A stretch of DNA of 64,000 nt, from NCBI GenBank assembly GCA_965226495.1, contig OZ245365.1, forward strand, positions 5,824,001 through 5,888,000, in the 5' to 3' direction. This document shows positions 28,784-38,629 of this stretch, in pieces. The notes beneath the pieces were generated by a model. It saw only the letters and a program-made list of their open reading frames with translations. It ran no database searches and had not been told where the DNA came from. The translations under genes were made by a program, and so were the position numbers. This stretch comes from Candidatus Marinacidobacterales bacterium (GTDB taxonomy: Bacteria; Acidobacteriota; Vicinamibacteria; Marinacidobacterales; DATDRI01). Position 1 is the stretch's first letter. Every line of letters begins with the position of its first letter.

Positions 28784-29194
28784 CTAGGTGGCCCGGCCGT
28801 GCAGTACCGACCGGATGTCTGCGAGGCGATACAACTTTCCTTTGCCGGCACCGTGGCACGTTTCCTTCACCGCGTTCCATGTTTCGGGCGATTCGAGGTT
28901 TTCCGGCCAGAACGGGAACGTGCGGCATTGTCGTGGCCGGACCGGATAGATCGTGCAGCCGCCATCCCAAAAGATGCAGTCTCCGTTCCGACGGATGCGC
29001 AGGCTCGGCGCTCCGTCGAGGTCTTTGAGCATGTATTTATTTCGGAACTTGCTGAGGGAAAGTTTGAGCCAGCCGGCGATGCGCTTGACCTCGGGTCGGC
29101 TCGGATAGACGCCACCGGCCTGCGCGCCTCGACAACAGTTGTGACACTGCTGGCAGTCAAAACGAAGTCCGCCTTGGTAGAAAGGCTCGGCCAT
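28784..29194 (-). CDS. YkgJ-family cysteine-cluster (CxxCxxCC) protein
   Basis: CQQCHNCC, CIFW, CTIYPVRPRQCRTFPFW. Confidence 0.88.
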   Translation of the reverse strand: MAEPFYQGGLRFDCQQCHNCCRGAQAGGVYPSRPEVKRIAGWLKLSLSKFRNKYMLKDLDGAPSLRIRRNGDCIFWDGGCTIYPVRPRQCRTFPFWPENLESPETWNAVKETCHGAGKGKLYRLADIRSVLHGRAT

Positions 29195-29252
29195 GTTTTC
29201 GGTGACAATACCACACTCCTAAGGTCCTGGGTATAATCGCCGCTCTGAAAGC

Positions 29253-31832
29253 ATGATCAGCTATCTTCGGGCGACACTCGTAACCGCTTCCATTTTCGCG
29301 GCGTTTGGTTTCTCTCGATACCTGGACGGGTTCATTCGAGTGTTCCTCCGCCAGCAGACCGGCGAATCGTTCCTCACCGCGTCGGCCAGGAATCTTCGTG
29401 CCGGAGAGGCCATCGGAGACGTCCTGACGGTGATGAGTTTTGGGCTCTTCCTCTGGCTGGCGATCTCGTTCCTTGTCGCCTGGCTCTGCGAACGGCCGAT
29501 GAGTGAACTGCTAATCCGGATCGGCCGCTCGATGGCACCTCTTCTGCTCCCGGCCGGGCTGACATTCGTTTCCTGTCTGTCACTCATCCTTTCGCCGCAG
29601 TTCCCCTTCGGTTTGAACTTCATTTTGACGCTTAGCTACGAAGGCTCCTTCGCCTCCGTGCTTACATGGGCTCTCTTGGCTTTGTCTCTCGCCGTTACGA
29701 TCTGGCATCTCGCCGATCCCCGACCGTCACTCGCTTTCCTGATCATGACCGGTCGACACGATCGTCGTTGGCGGCTCGGCGGTGCTGCGATCGTGGTTCT
29801 CGCGATGACCATCTTTGCGTTGGCCACTCCGCCCTGGCTTTGGAAGGACGGTGAAGGTCAAGGGAACATGTTCAAGTACCTACGCATGGCGGCGGCCATT
29901 TCTTCGTCGGGAACGTTGGACATCGCGAGGGCGGAAGGGGCCGCCGAAAGTGCAAGCTTCCCAGGATTCCTCTCACGACTTCCCGAGATCGCTTCGCGAT
30001 GGGTGGGCGAAACGTCCGAGCTTGGGGGAGCGTTCGTCAGCTCCGCGAGCAAAGGAAAGCTCTACGTCGGAGAAGTCGTCGCAACACGGGCCAACCGTTC
30101 GATGTTTCGAAGCCCAAACGGAGGGATTTATTACATCAACGCCCCCGGGCCGGGGCTCCTCTTGGTCCCGCCCTACTTGCTGGATCGAGCGTTGAATCGA
30201 TGGCTGGGGTGGGACCGTCAAGTCGCGGCCATTCTCTTTTGGAACCTCCTCGGTGCAATGTTGGTCTTGGAGATCTTCCGAGCCGCCCGCGAGGTGGATG
30301 TGGGGTGGGGGGCGGCCTTTGTTGCCGCCTTCGTCCTCGCGGTGTCGCCCCCGCTCCTTCTTTATACGTACCAAATCTATCCAGAGCTTCCCGCCGCACT
30401 TCTCTTGCTGTATGCATTTCGACGGCTTTTCATCGAGCCGGCGCCGAGCGGAAACGGGTTGTTGTTTGGTGCGATGGCGCTCGCCTTCTTGCCTTGGCTT
30501 CACCAAAAGTACTCGCTCACCGCCGCGATCATGGGCGTTTTCATCGCCTGGCGGATTTTCGGCTCGGCACCGAGCCGGTCGGAGCGCATCGTCCGTTGGG
30601 GTCTTCTCTTTGCGCCTCTCATTGTTTCTGCGCTTTCGATCTCGGTCTATAACCACGCGTTGACAGGAAGCATTCTTCCCGATGCGACGTTCCGGGCGGC
30701 AGGACGAACGTCCTTCGAGCCGGGTAACGTGCTTTCCGGCCTTCTAGGCCTCTTCCTCGATAGGGAGAACGGGCTCTTCATTTACGCCCCCATTTATGCG
30801 CTCGCGCTCGCCGGGCTAGGGCGACTGGCGTTCCGCTACCGCGAGATCCGTTTCTATCTGGCGGTGGTGGTCTTGTCCTACGTTTTCGTGATCGCGTCCT
30901 TTCCTCACTGGCCTGGGGCGGTGAGCTCTGTCGCCCGCTACATTCTTAGTGTCACTCCGTTGGCCGCGCTGCCTCTAGTCTTCGTGCTACGAAGAAGCTC
31001 TTCCGATGGCATCCTTGCCGGTGTGGCCATGGTGCTTTTTGCGGCGACCATGTCATTTACGGTTGTTTTTCAGAAGGACATCGTTGCTAGTCATCTCACC
31101 AAGCTACTACTCGACAAGGCGCTCTTTAGCGATCCCTACCAATACTTGCCTACCTTCTTGAGCGAAGGGCTGGTGGGATCGGGTCCGGCTCACTTCTACA
31201 AGCTCGGTGCATTGGTTGTCTTGCTGGTTCTCTTGGTCTACACGCTCTCACCTCGCGTTGAGCAAGAAGTGCTCGAGAGTGAACGCGATCGCGATGCGAC
31301 GCTTTTTCCCAGGAGAGTGACGCTCGGTGCTGCCGCCGCGGTCGGAGCTCTCGTGGTCGTGGCGGGAGTTTTGGAACGCCTGCCCTCGAATGCCACGACC
31401 AAGACCGGCCCCGTCTTCAACGACACCCACGCGATCCGCCGCGCCGCACAAACGGCCAAGTTCTGGACGGAGGGCCGCTACGGATTCGAGAACCGAGGTG
31501 TTTGGGTTCCCGGCGGCGAAGAGACACAGTTTTTCGTGCAAGCGGACCATCCCATCGAAAGGCTTCAACTAATCCTCACGAATACGCCAAGCGAGAACCG
31601 AGTGCAGATCAAGCAACGGGGTGCCGATCCTTTGGACAAACTGCTTACGTCCTCCGCCCGCGAGGCAATTGTATTGTCTCTCCGTCGGCCGCAGGAGTTC
31701 CGAGGGCCTTCCGGAAACCAGTGGGTCTACGAGATCACCGTCCGCTCGCGAGGAAGCTACGTTCCTCGTCGGGAGGGGACGGGAGAGGATCCACGACCGC
31801 TTGGATGCTTTGTAGTTCTTTCTGCTATGTAA
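29253..31832 (+). CDS. Large polytopic membrane protein, GT-C-like
   Basis: 859 aa with many TM helices; IYPELP, LPWLHQK, GLF.YAP, ARY motifs; soluble C-terminal domain. Confidence 0.6.
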   Translation: MISYLRATLVTASIFAAFGFSRYLDGFIRVFLRQQTGESFLTASARNLRAGEAIGDVLTVMSFGLFLWLAISFLVAWLCERPMSELLIRIGRSMAPLLLPAGLTFVSCLSLILSPQFPFGLNFILTLSYEGSFASVLTWALLALSLAVTIWHLADPRPSLAFLIMTGRHDRRWRLGGAAIVVLAMTIFALATPPWLWKDGEGQGNMFKYLRMAAAISSSGTLDIARAEGAAESASFPGFLSRLPEIASRWVGETSELGGAFVSSASKGKLYVGEVVATRANRSMFRSPNGGIYYINAPGPGLLLVPPYLLDRALNRWLGWDRQVAAILFWNLLGAMLVLEIFRAAREVDVGWGAAFVAAFVLAVSPPLLLYTYQIYPELPAALLLLYAFRRLFIEPAPSGNGLLFGAMALAFLPWLHQKYSLTAAIMGVFIAWRIFGSAPSRSERIVRWGLLFAPLIVSALSISVYNHALTGSILPDATFRAAGRTSFEPGNVLSGLLGLFLDRENGLFIYAPIYALALAGLGRLAFRYREIRFYLAVVVLSYVFVIASFPHWPGAVSSVARYILSVTPLAALPLVFVLRRSSSDGILAGVAMVLFAATMSFTVVFQKDIVASHLTKLLLDKALFSDPYQYLPTFLSEGLVGSGPAHFYKLGALVVLLVLLVYTLSPRVEQEVLESERDRDATLFPRRVTLGAAAAVGALVVVAGVLERLPSNATTKTGPVFNDTHAIRRAAQTAKFWTEGRYGFENRGVWVPGGEETQFFVQADHPIERLQLILTNTPSENRVQIKQRGADPLDKLLTSSAREAIVLSLRRPQEFRGPSGNQWVYEITVRSRGSYVPRREGTGEDPRPLGCFVVLSAM

Positions 31833-31913
31833 TTCTTTCCCTCTTCATGGACCCGTAAGAAGCTATTTCTCTTTAAATTACTAATTTTAATAGACTTATA
31901 CATTTGCGGGATA

Positions 31914-31929
31914 TTGGCACACACCTTGT
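31914..31929 (+). promoter_or_regulatory. Sigma54-like promoter with AT-rich upstream tract
   Basis: TTGGCACA-CACC-TTGT (GG-N10-GT); AT-rich tract 31870-31903. Confidence 0.45.
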
Positions 31930-31940
31930 ATTGCATGGTA

Positions 31941-32037
31941 GCGGGAGTCGGGGGATTGAAGTGGAAATCGGCACCCGGATCCGGTCATAGGAACCCCTCA
32001 CGGATACCGGCCTTCCCCTCCGGCTCCCTAGCTTTTT
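31941..32037 (+). ncRNA. Candidate small RNA (~95 nt), GGA-rich, closed stem plus U tail
   Basis: GGGAGTCGGGGG (31943-54) pairs with CCTCCGGCTCCC (32017-28); inner ccggt/accgg stem; six GGA; TTTTT at 32033-37. Confidence 0.4.
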
Positions 32038-32044
32038 CTAACCA

Positions 32045-32114
32045 CCCTCACCCCGGCCCTCTCCCTTTCGGCCGTCAAAATGCGCAGTGCCAGAGAAAAA
32101 GCGAGCCAGACGGC
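32045..32114. repeat. Truncated REP (inverse orientation) followed by mini-element
   Basis: ccctcaccccggccctctccc then gccgtcaaaatgcgcagtgccagagaaaaagcgagccagacggc. Confidence 0.65.
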
Positions 32115-32136
32115 GGTATGATGGGCCAGCTCCAAC

Positions 32137-32583
32137 ATGAAAGAGGTCACGGTTTTTACGGACGGCGCCTGCCAGGGCAATCCAGGACCCGGCGGTTGGG
32201 CGGCCATCGTCGACGAGAATGGCGAGCGTCGCGAGCTCCATGGTGCCGAGGCCGCGACGACCAACAATCGCATGGAGCTCATGGCGGCCATCCGCGGCTT
32301 GGAATCTCTCTCACTACCTTCCCAGGTGCGAGTCGTCACCGATTCCCAGTACGTTGCGTTGGGCATGACACGTTGGATCCACTCCTGGCGACGAAAGGGC
32401 TGGAAGACGGCGAGCGGCTCACCGGTGAAAAACCGAGACCTATGGCAAATGCTTTGGGAGCTCGCCGAGAAACATCGGCTGACTTGGGAGTGGGTGCGAG
32501 GTCACGATGGTCATCCGGAGAACGAAAGGGTGGATGCCCTCGCCAAGGAAGCCATCAACGAGCTCGAAGTCGGTGATTACTAG
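32137..32583 (+). CDS. rnhA: Ribonuclease HI
   Basis: TDGACQGNPGPGG, TTNNRMEL, TDSQY, VKNRDLW, WVRGHDGHPENERVD. Confidence 0.96.
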   Translation: MKEVTVFTDGACQGNPGPGGWAAIVDENGERRELHGAEAATTNNRMELMAAIRGLESLSLPSQVRVVTDSQYVALGMTRWIHSWRRKGWKTASGSPVKNRDLWQMLWELAEKHRLTWEWVRGHDGHPENERVDALAKEAINELEVGDY

Positions 32584-32604
32584 TTACAGTTCGCATCCCT
32601 GTCA

Positions 32605-34536
32605 TTAACGTCGTTCGTTCTCTGCCGCCAGGCTCTCCCACTCCTTATAGAGACGATCCAACTCCACTTTGAGGCTCTCGTGCGTGGCGACCACGTCGGC
32701 CGCTCCGTTTGCGTCGTCATAGAAGCCGGGCACCGCCATTCTTCCCTCTAGGCTGCCTATCGCGGACTCGGTCTCGGCAATGCTTTCTTCGAGCCTCTGA
32801 GTCTTTTCTCGCCGTCTCCGCGCTTGGTTGGATTTCCCGTTGCGTGTCGCCGCCTTCGTTTCCTTCGTAGAAGACGGGGGTGGAGACTTCTTTGAGGTGA
32901 CCTCGAATTTCTCGGAGACTTCCTCGCGTTCTGGGAGGGCGGTGGCACGCACGAAGTCCTCGTAATTTCCCCAGTACAGCCGAACCGTTCCGTTTCCGAC
33001 TTCGGCCACCTTGGTTGCCAGCGCGTCGATAAAGTAACGGTCGTGGGAGACGAAGATGAGAGTTCCGGTGAATCCTTTGAGCGCGTTGAGTAGCACTTCC
33101 TTGGAGTCGAGATCGAGATGGTTGGTGGGCTCGTCTAGCAAGAGCACGTTCGCGGGGTGCAGCAACATTTTGGCGAGCGCGAGTCGGCTCTTCTCGCCGC
33201 CGGAAAGCACCTTGGCTTTCTTTTCCACATCGTCGTTTCGAAAAAGAAAGGCCCCCAGGATGTTGCGGAGCCGGGGAATGAGATCGACCGGTGCGACTTC
33301 CATCAGATTAGCAAGAACGGTCTTGTTTGGGTCGAGGTCGAACGCCCGTTCTTGGCTGAAGTAGCCTCGGCTTACTTTATGACCCGGCTTGAGCTCACCA
33401 GAGTCCGGCGGCTCCAGTCCAGCCAGGAGGCGCACGAGAGTGGACTTGCCGGCGCCGTTTGATCCCACCAACGCCACGCGCTCACCGCGCTCCACGAGGA
33501 GATCGACACCATCGAACACGTGCTTCTCACCATATTTTTTGGTGACCGCCTTTAGCTCGAAAACGACCCGGCCGCTCCTTTCGGGCTGTGGCAGCCGCAG
33601 CTTCATGAGCTTCCTCTCCGGAGGGACCTCGATCTTTTCTATCTTCTCGAGCATCTTCACTCGACTCTGCACCTGTTTAGCCTTGCTGGCTTTGGCGCGA
33701 AAACGACCGATGAATCTCTGGATGCGCTCCATCTCCTCTTCCTGGTGCCGAGCGCGCGCGCGGAGCTCGGCAATCGCCTTTTCCCGAACCTTGAGATAGT
33801 TGGAGTAGGTGCCCGGGTAGTCTCGGAGTTGGCGTCGATCGATCTCGGTGATGCGGGTAACCATCTGATCCAAGAAGTAGCGATCGTGGGAGACGAGGAC
33901 CACCGCATGCGGATACACGGCGAGGAATTCCTCCAGCCAGTTTCTTGCCTCGAGATCGAGGTGATTCGTAGGCTCGTCGAGCAGAAGAATGTCGGGGCGA
34001 GCGAGAAGCAGCTTGGCTAGGGCGATGCGCATCTGCCAACCGCCACTGAAGGTCTCGGTAGGGGCATCGAGCTCGGCACCTTGAAACCCCAGGCCGCGAA
34101 GGACCTCCTCGACGCGTGCTTCGATGCTGAAGCCCTCATGCCGGTCCCACTCTTCTTGGCATTCTCCGTATCGCTTGAGCACCGCCTGGTGGTCGCTGCG
34201 TTCGGAGTCGAACCGGCTCATCTTTTCCTCGAGCTCTCGCTGCTCGTCCCGTAATGCCAAGACATCGGCGAACACAGAGGTCGCTTCTTCTTTGAGTGTC
34301 CGGCCGCGATGACTGAGTCCGTCCTGTGGAAGGAAGCCGACTCTCGTTCCCCGTGGCGCCGTGACGTCACCCTTGTCGGGGGTGTCCGTTCCTGCGAGGA
34401 TGCGCAGCAGTGTGGTCTTCCCGGAACCGTTAGGACCGGTGAGACCTACTCGCTCCCCTTCGGAAACGTTCCAAGTGACGTTCTCGAAGAGGATTTGACT
34501 ACCGAAGCCCTTAGTGAGGGCTTGGACTTGTTGCAT
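32605..34536 (-). CDS. ABC-F family ATP-binding protein
   Basis: Two NBDs (GPNGSGKT/FSGGW and GSNGAGKS/LSGGE), DEPTNHLD twice, no TM, C-terminal coiled coil. Confidence 0.93.
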   Translation of the reverse strand: MQQVQALTKGFGSQILFENVTWNVSEGERVGLTGPNGSGKTTLLRILAGTDTPDKGDVTAPRGTRVGFLPQDGLSHRGRTLKEEATSVFADVLALRDEQRELEEKMSRFDSERSDHQAVLKRYGECQEEWDRHEGFSIEARVEEVLRGLGFQGAELDAPTETFSGGWQMRIALAKLLLARPDILLLDEPTNHLDLEARNWLEEFLAVYPHAVVLVSHDRYFLDQMVTRITEIDRRQLRDYPGTYSNYLKVREKAIAELRARARHQEEEMERIQRFIGRFRAKASKAKQVQSRVKMLEKIEKIEVPPERKLMKLRLPQPERSGRVVFELKAVTKKYGEKHVFDGVDLLVERGERVALVGSNGAGKSTLVRLLAGLEPPDSGELKPGHKVSRGYFSQERAFDLDPNKTVLANLMEVAPVDLIPRLRNILGAFLFRNDDVEKKAKVLSGGEKSRLALAKMLLHPANVLLLDEPTNHLDLDSKEVLLNALKGFTGTLIFVSHDRYFIDALATKVAEVGNGTVRLYWGNYEDFVRATALPEREEVSEKFEVTSKKSPPPSSTKETKAATRNGKSNQARRRREKTQRLEESIAETESAIGSLEGRMAVPGFYDDANGAADVVATHESLKVELDRLYKEWESLAAENERR

Positions 34537-34685
34537 GGCGGCCCTGGCGCTGGCGCTGGCGCTATCAGTGAAAAGTGAAAAGCCCGGCTCGTGAAAGCCG
34601 GGGTAGACAAAATTATAGCACGCACGCTTCGTGACCCTACGTAACATTGACACTCTCTGGACCGTGTGTTCATAATCGGGCCGTG

Positions 34686-37600
34686 ATGAGAAGAACGAAT
34701 CTAACCGTCGGTATCTATCTGCTTGTTTTGGTCTTCGGATTCTCCCTGGAGGGCTCTTCGTCACGCCAGAAAACCCCGGCTAGTGCGCAGGTTCACGCCA
34801 ACCGTGGCGTTGCCCTCTTAGAGCAGTTTCGATTCGAGGAGGCGGCGATTGAGTTCGAAGCGGTCGTCTCACTGGAGCCGGATTCACTGGCCGGCCAGGT
34901 GAACCTGGGGATCGCCTATTTCAACCAACGTGACTTCGATAAGGCGCAAGTAGCCTTCGAGAGAGCGAAGGCTCTCGATCCCGACAATCCGTATGTCCAC
35001 TACAACCTCGGGCTTATCTTCAAGCTCATGGGAGACACGGAGGAAGCGGTGATCGCCTTCGAGAAAGTGGCAGCTGAAGACCCCACGGATTCGATGACTC
35101 TTTATTACTTGGGTACCCTCTACGCCAACCTGGGGCGTCTGGAAGACGCGGAGGCGACGCTTAGAAAGACCCTCGAGCTTCAACCCAATAACGAATCGGC
35201 GCACTTCAGTTTGGGCAATGTTCTCATTCGTCAGGGGAGGACGGATGAGGGTCGAAAAGAATTAGGGATCTTCCGCAACCTCAAGGAAAGCTTTCCCGCC
35301 GAGGCCGCATCGGCAGGACTCCAGTACACCGAGCTCGGGCCGTACGCCGAGGCCATCGAAGAGTTTTCACCCCTGCAGGAGACACAGCCGGAAGCGAGAG
35401 CGCGGTCGAAGGTTCGCTGGGTCGAAATCAGCGAAGAGGCTGGTCTCGCGCTTCGCTCCCTGCCATCACCCCCCTCATGGCCGAATTCCGTATCGGCTGA
35501 GGAGTATGGAATGGAGTTCATCGAGAGCCGCCTTTTGCCACATTGGGGCTCTGGTCTAGCGTTCCGTGATCTAGATTCTGACGGTGACGCGGATCTGATC
35601 TTCGTGCGAGCCGGTGGAGCCGTCGTCTTCATCAACAGCGGCGGACGATTCGCTAAGGGAACTACTGGCCTACCGGAAGCAGGGAAGTTTGTTGGCGTAA
35701 CGGTGGGTGACGTCGATGGTGACGGTGATGCCGATGTCTATCTCGTGGGTTCGGGACCGAATGCGCTCTTCATCAATGACGGTGCGGGGCAATTCGCAAA
35801 GTCAGACGCCGAGGTGGGCGGCAGTGATGTTTCGGTGAGTGCAACCTTCGCCGATGTCGATCACGACGGGGATTTGGATATTTACGTTTCGAACTACGTC
35901 GACCCGAAAGCGCGCCCCGCCAAGGACGCTTTGCGAGTGCCACAGGACCTGGTGGGTGCTCCGAATCGTCTCTATCGAAACAACGGCAATGGCACGTTCG
36001 TCGAGATTGGGGCCGAGAGTCTTACCGCGGGTGGAGCCACTCGTAGCCTGGGGGCGGTGTTCTCCGATCTGGATGACGATCGTGACATCGATTTCCTCGT
36101 CGTAAACGACGGACAGCCGGTACAGGTTTTTTCGAACGAGCGCGTCGGTACCTTCACCGAGGTTTCCGAGGCATGGGGGGTAGCCACGTCGAGCAAGTCA
36201 CGCGGTGTCGATTCGGCGGATTTCGATCGCGACGGCGATTTCGACCTGTTCTTCACCGCCGAGGGCGCTCCCTTAAACCTGCTTCTGCGTGGACCCGCGT
36301 CCCGGGGTTTCACGCCGGACGTCGATTCGCCGGGTTTGCTGTCGGCGGGCGTCCCGGGTGGTCGGTTCGGCACGACCTTTCTGGATGCCGACAACGACGC
36401 TGACCTGGATCTGCTCGTGGTGACGAACGAGCCCGGAGCCGTCGCTGCCTTCTATGAGAGCTCGCGCTCTGGCTTCCGTCGTGCGGGCAAGCTTGCAGCA
36501 TCTGCAGCAGACGTCGGTGCGGGACGAGCTCTGGCGGTCGCGGACATCGATAACGATGGCGATCTCGACGCGGTGGTCGGTACCGATCGTGGTCGGCTGT
36601 TGCTCTTCCGAAACGATGGCGGCAACGCAGGAGGGTGGTTAAACGTCATCGCGCAAGGACTCCGAAGCAACAAGGATGGCCTCGGGACCAAGATCGAAGT
36701 GAAAGCGGGCTCGGCGCGTCTCCGCCGGGAAGCCCGCTCGGTCTCCGGTTACATGTCCCAGAACAATCGGCCCCTTCATTTTGGACTGGGGTCACAAAAA
36801 GCCGCCGATTACATTCGTTTTCTTTGGCCGGGTGGTGTCAAGCAGATCGAGATGGACGTCGAAGGCGGCCAAACCGTGACCTACGAAGAGCTGAACCGCA
36901 AGGGGACCTCCTGCCCGATCCTCTATACGTGGGATGGGGAGCAGACTCGTTTCGTGACCGATTTTCTCGGTGGGGCCGCGGTTGGTTACCTTCATGCACC
37001 CGGGAAGTACAACTATCCGGACACCGATGAATACATAAAGCTCGAGCACTTCCCTCCTGAACCGAAGGATGGTTCGTATGAGCTCCGGTGGGTAAACCAA
37101 CTCGAAGAAGTACTCGGCTATGACAAGGCTTCCCTGATCGCGGTAGATCATCCTGCCGAGGTCGACGTCTTTCCCAATGAACGCCTTCTGCCGGCACCGC
37201 CCTATCCCGAGTCGCGACTCTATCCCGTTAGAGATGCGCGTCCTCCGAGCGAGGCGGTCGATCATCAAGGCAACGACGTGACGCATCTGATCGCCGAGAA
37301 GGATCGACTCTATCCCGGTGAGCTTACGGCGTTGCCGTTCAAGGGCTATGCCGAGCCGCATTCCCTGACGCTGGATCTCGGAGAGATCGGCGACGGGGAA
37401 GAGGCAGTGCTGCTTCTGTATGGGTGGATCGATTACACCGATTCGAGCTCGAACCTAGCTGCCTGGCAGGCGGGGGCCACGGTGAGGACACCGTATCTCG
37501 AGGTGGAAGACGGCGAGGGCGGCTTTCGCATGGCGATTGAACAGATGGGCTTCCCGGCCGGTCTTCCCAAAACCATGTTGGTCGATCTAGAAGGGATCGT

Positions 37601-38189
37601 CGATGCGAAACATCGCCGCGTGCGCATCACGACGAGCCAGAAAATCTATTGGGATCAGATCCTGGTGGCGACCGTCGTGCCCGGCATCGATCTACGAGTC
37701 ACCGAGCTGGCCCCGGATCGTGCCGAGCTTGGTTTCCGGGGTTTTCCAGCCTCCATCAATCCGGACGGCCGAGCACCGTACATCTATGATTACTCTCAGA
37801 TCTCGGCGACCGAGGTTTGGGACGCGCACGAGGGCCGCTACACTCGATATGGCGACGTGCGCGAGCTCGTGGAAGCCATCGACGATCGCTACGTCATCAC
37901 CAAGAACGGGGACGAGCTCACCCTTTTTTTTGATGCCGACCGTCTTCCCTCATTACCGGACGGCTGGACGCGCACTTTCCTGGTGTTCGCCGATGGCTTC
38001 GGGAAGGACATGGATCTCAACTCGGCGTACGCGGATACGGTGGAGCCGCTACCGTTTCATGAAATGACGGCTTACCCGTACGAGCCCGGCGAGAGCTTCC
38101 CCGAGACAGAAGCCCACAAGCGAGATCGACAGATCTACCACACCCGCCGCGTCGAAAGGCAGAGGTCGAGCGCCGCCACGACTCCATAG
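34686..38189 (+). CDS. Exported TPR + FG-GAP + ASPIC/UnbV (CRTAC1-like) protein
   Basis: Signal peptide, N-terminal TPRs, DxDxDGDxD repeats, GYMSQN..LHFGLG, WPGG, SCPILYTWDG. Confidence 0.88.
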   Translation: MRRTNLTVGIYLLVLVFGFSLEGSSSRQKTPASAQVHANRGVALLEQFRFEEAAIEFEAVVSLEPDSLAGQVNLGIAYFNQRDFDKAQVAFERAKALDPDNPYVHYNLGLIFKLMGDTEEAVIAFEKVAAEDPTDSMTLYYLGTLYANLGRLEDAEATLRKTLELQPNNESAHFSLGNVLIRQGRTDEGRKELGIFRNLKESFPAEAASAGLQYTELGPYAEAIEEFSPLQETQPEARARSKVRWVEISEEAGLALRSLPSPPSWPNSVSAEEYGMEFIESRLLPHWGSGLAFRDLDSDGDADLIFVRAGGAVVFINSGGRFAKGTTGLPEAGKFVGVTVGDVDGDGDADVYLVGSGPNALFINDGAGQFAKSDAEVGGSDVSVSATFADVDHDGDLDIYVSNYVDPKARPAKDALRVPQDLVGAPNRLYRNNGNGTFVEIGAESLTAGGATRSLGAVFSDLDDDRDIDFLVVNDGQPVQVFSNERVGTFTEVSEAWGVATSSKSRGVDSADFDRDGDFDLFFTAEGAPLNLLLRGPASRGFTPDVDSPGLLSAGVPGGRFGTTFLDADNDADLDLLVVTNEPGAVAAFYESSRSGFRRAGKLAASAADVGAGRALAVADIDNDGDLDAVVGTDRGRLLLFRNDGGNAGGWLNVIAQGLRSNKDGLGTKIEVKAGSARLRREARSVSGYMSQNNRPLHFGLGSQKAADYIRFLWPGGVKQIEMDVEGGQTVTYEELNRKGTSCPILYTWDGEQTRFVTDFLGGAAVGYLHAPGKYNYPDTDEYIKLEHFPPEPKDGSYELRWVNQLEEVLGYDKASLIAVDHPAEVDVFPNERLLPAPPYPESRLYPVRDARPPSEAVDHQGNDVTHLIAEKDRLYPGELTALPFKGYAEPHSLTLDLGEIGDGEEAVLLLYGWIDYTDSSSNLAAWQAGATVRTPYLEVEDGEGGFRMAIEQMGFPAGLPKTMLVDLEGIVDAKHRRVRITTSQKIYWDQILVATVVPGIDLRVTELAPDRAELGFRGFPASINPDGRAPYIYDYSQISATEVWDAHEGRYTRYGDVRELVEAIDDRYVITKNGDELTLFFDADRLPSLPDGWTRTFLVFADGFGKDMDLNSAYADTVEPLPFHEMTAYPYEPGESFPETEAHKRDRQIYHTRRVERQRSSAATTP

Positions 38190-38293
38190 TCAGCGACAGG
38201 TAGCTACCGGACCGTGGTCTTATCCAATGGACTTGGAATCAACGGTTTGCAGTAGTGTTGACCATAGGAAATGTCTATGGTGAAATCTCTCCA

Positions 38294-38515
38294 ATGGAAA
38301 CTGTAAGCATCTCGAAGTTCAAAGCCACCTGCCTTGAGCTCCTAAAGAAAGTGCAACGAACGGGAGAGCCGATCCTCATCACCGAAGGAGGGGAGCCCGT
38401 CGCGCAAGTGGTTCCGCCCGTGGTGAAAAGGGAGAAGCGCCGATGGCTAGGGTCCGCGCGTGGCACAGGCCGCATCGTCGGCGACATTGTGTCGCCGGTT
38501 GGCGAAAGGGATTGA
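38294..38515 (+). CDS. Phd/YefM-family antitoxin, orphan and possibly truncated
   Basis: ISKFKATCLELL..V..TGEPILIT..GEPVAQVVP; no toxin ORF follows. Confidence 0.75.
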   Translation: METVSISKFKATCLELLKKVQRTGEPILITEGGEPVAQVVPPVVKREKRRWLGSARGTGRIVGDIVSPVGERD

Positions 38516-38629
38516 AGAAGTCTCCAATCAAACAAAGGAACTAGCGTCCAGCGATAGCGAGCTACGTTCTTGGTTTGTTGGGTGCTCGCCCCCTCATGAG
38601 TTGCGGCACTCTCAAGGCGGAGAACCGAC

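Noticed and set aside
31914-32576. 220-aa ORF overlapping rnhA
   Set aside because: Runs through promoter, repeat and an alternate frame of rnhA; not protein-like
38513-38515. TGA at the antitoxin end as selenocysteine
   Set aside because: No redox motif or SECIS-like hairpin; more likely a damaged or natural C-terminus
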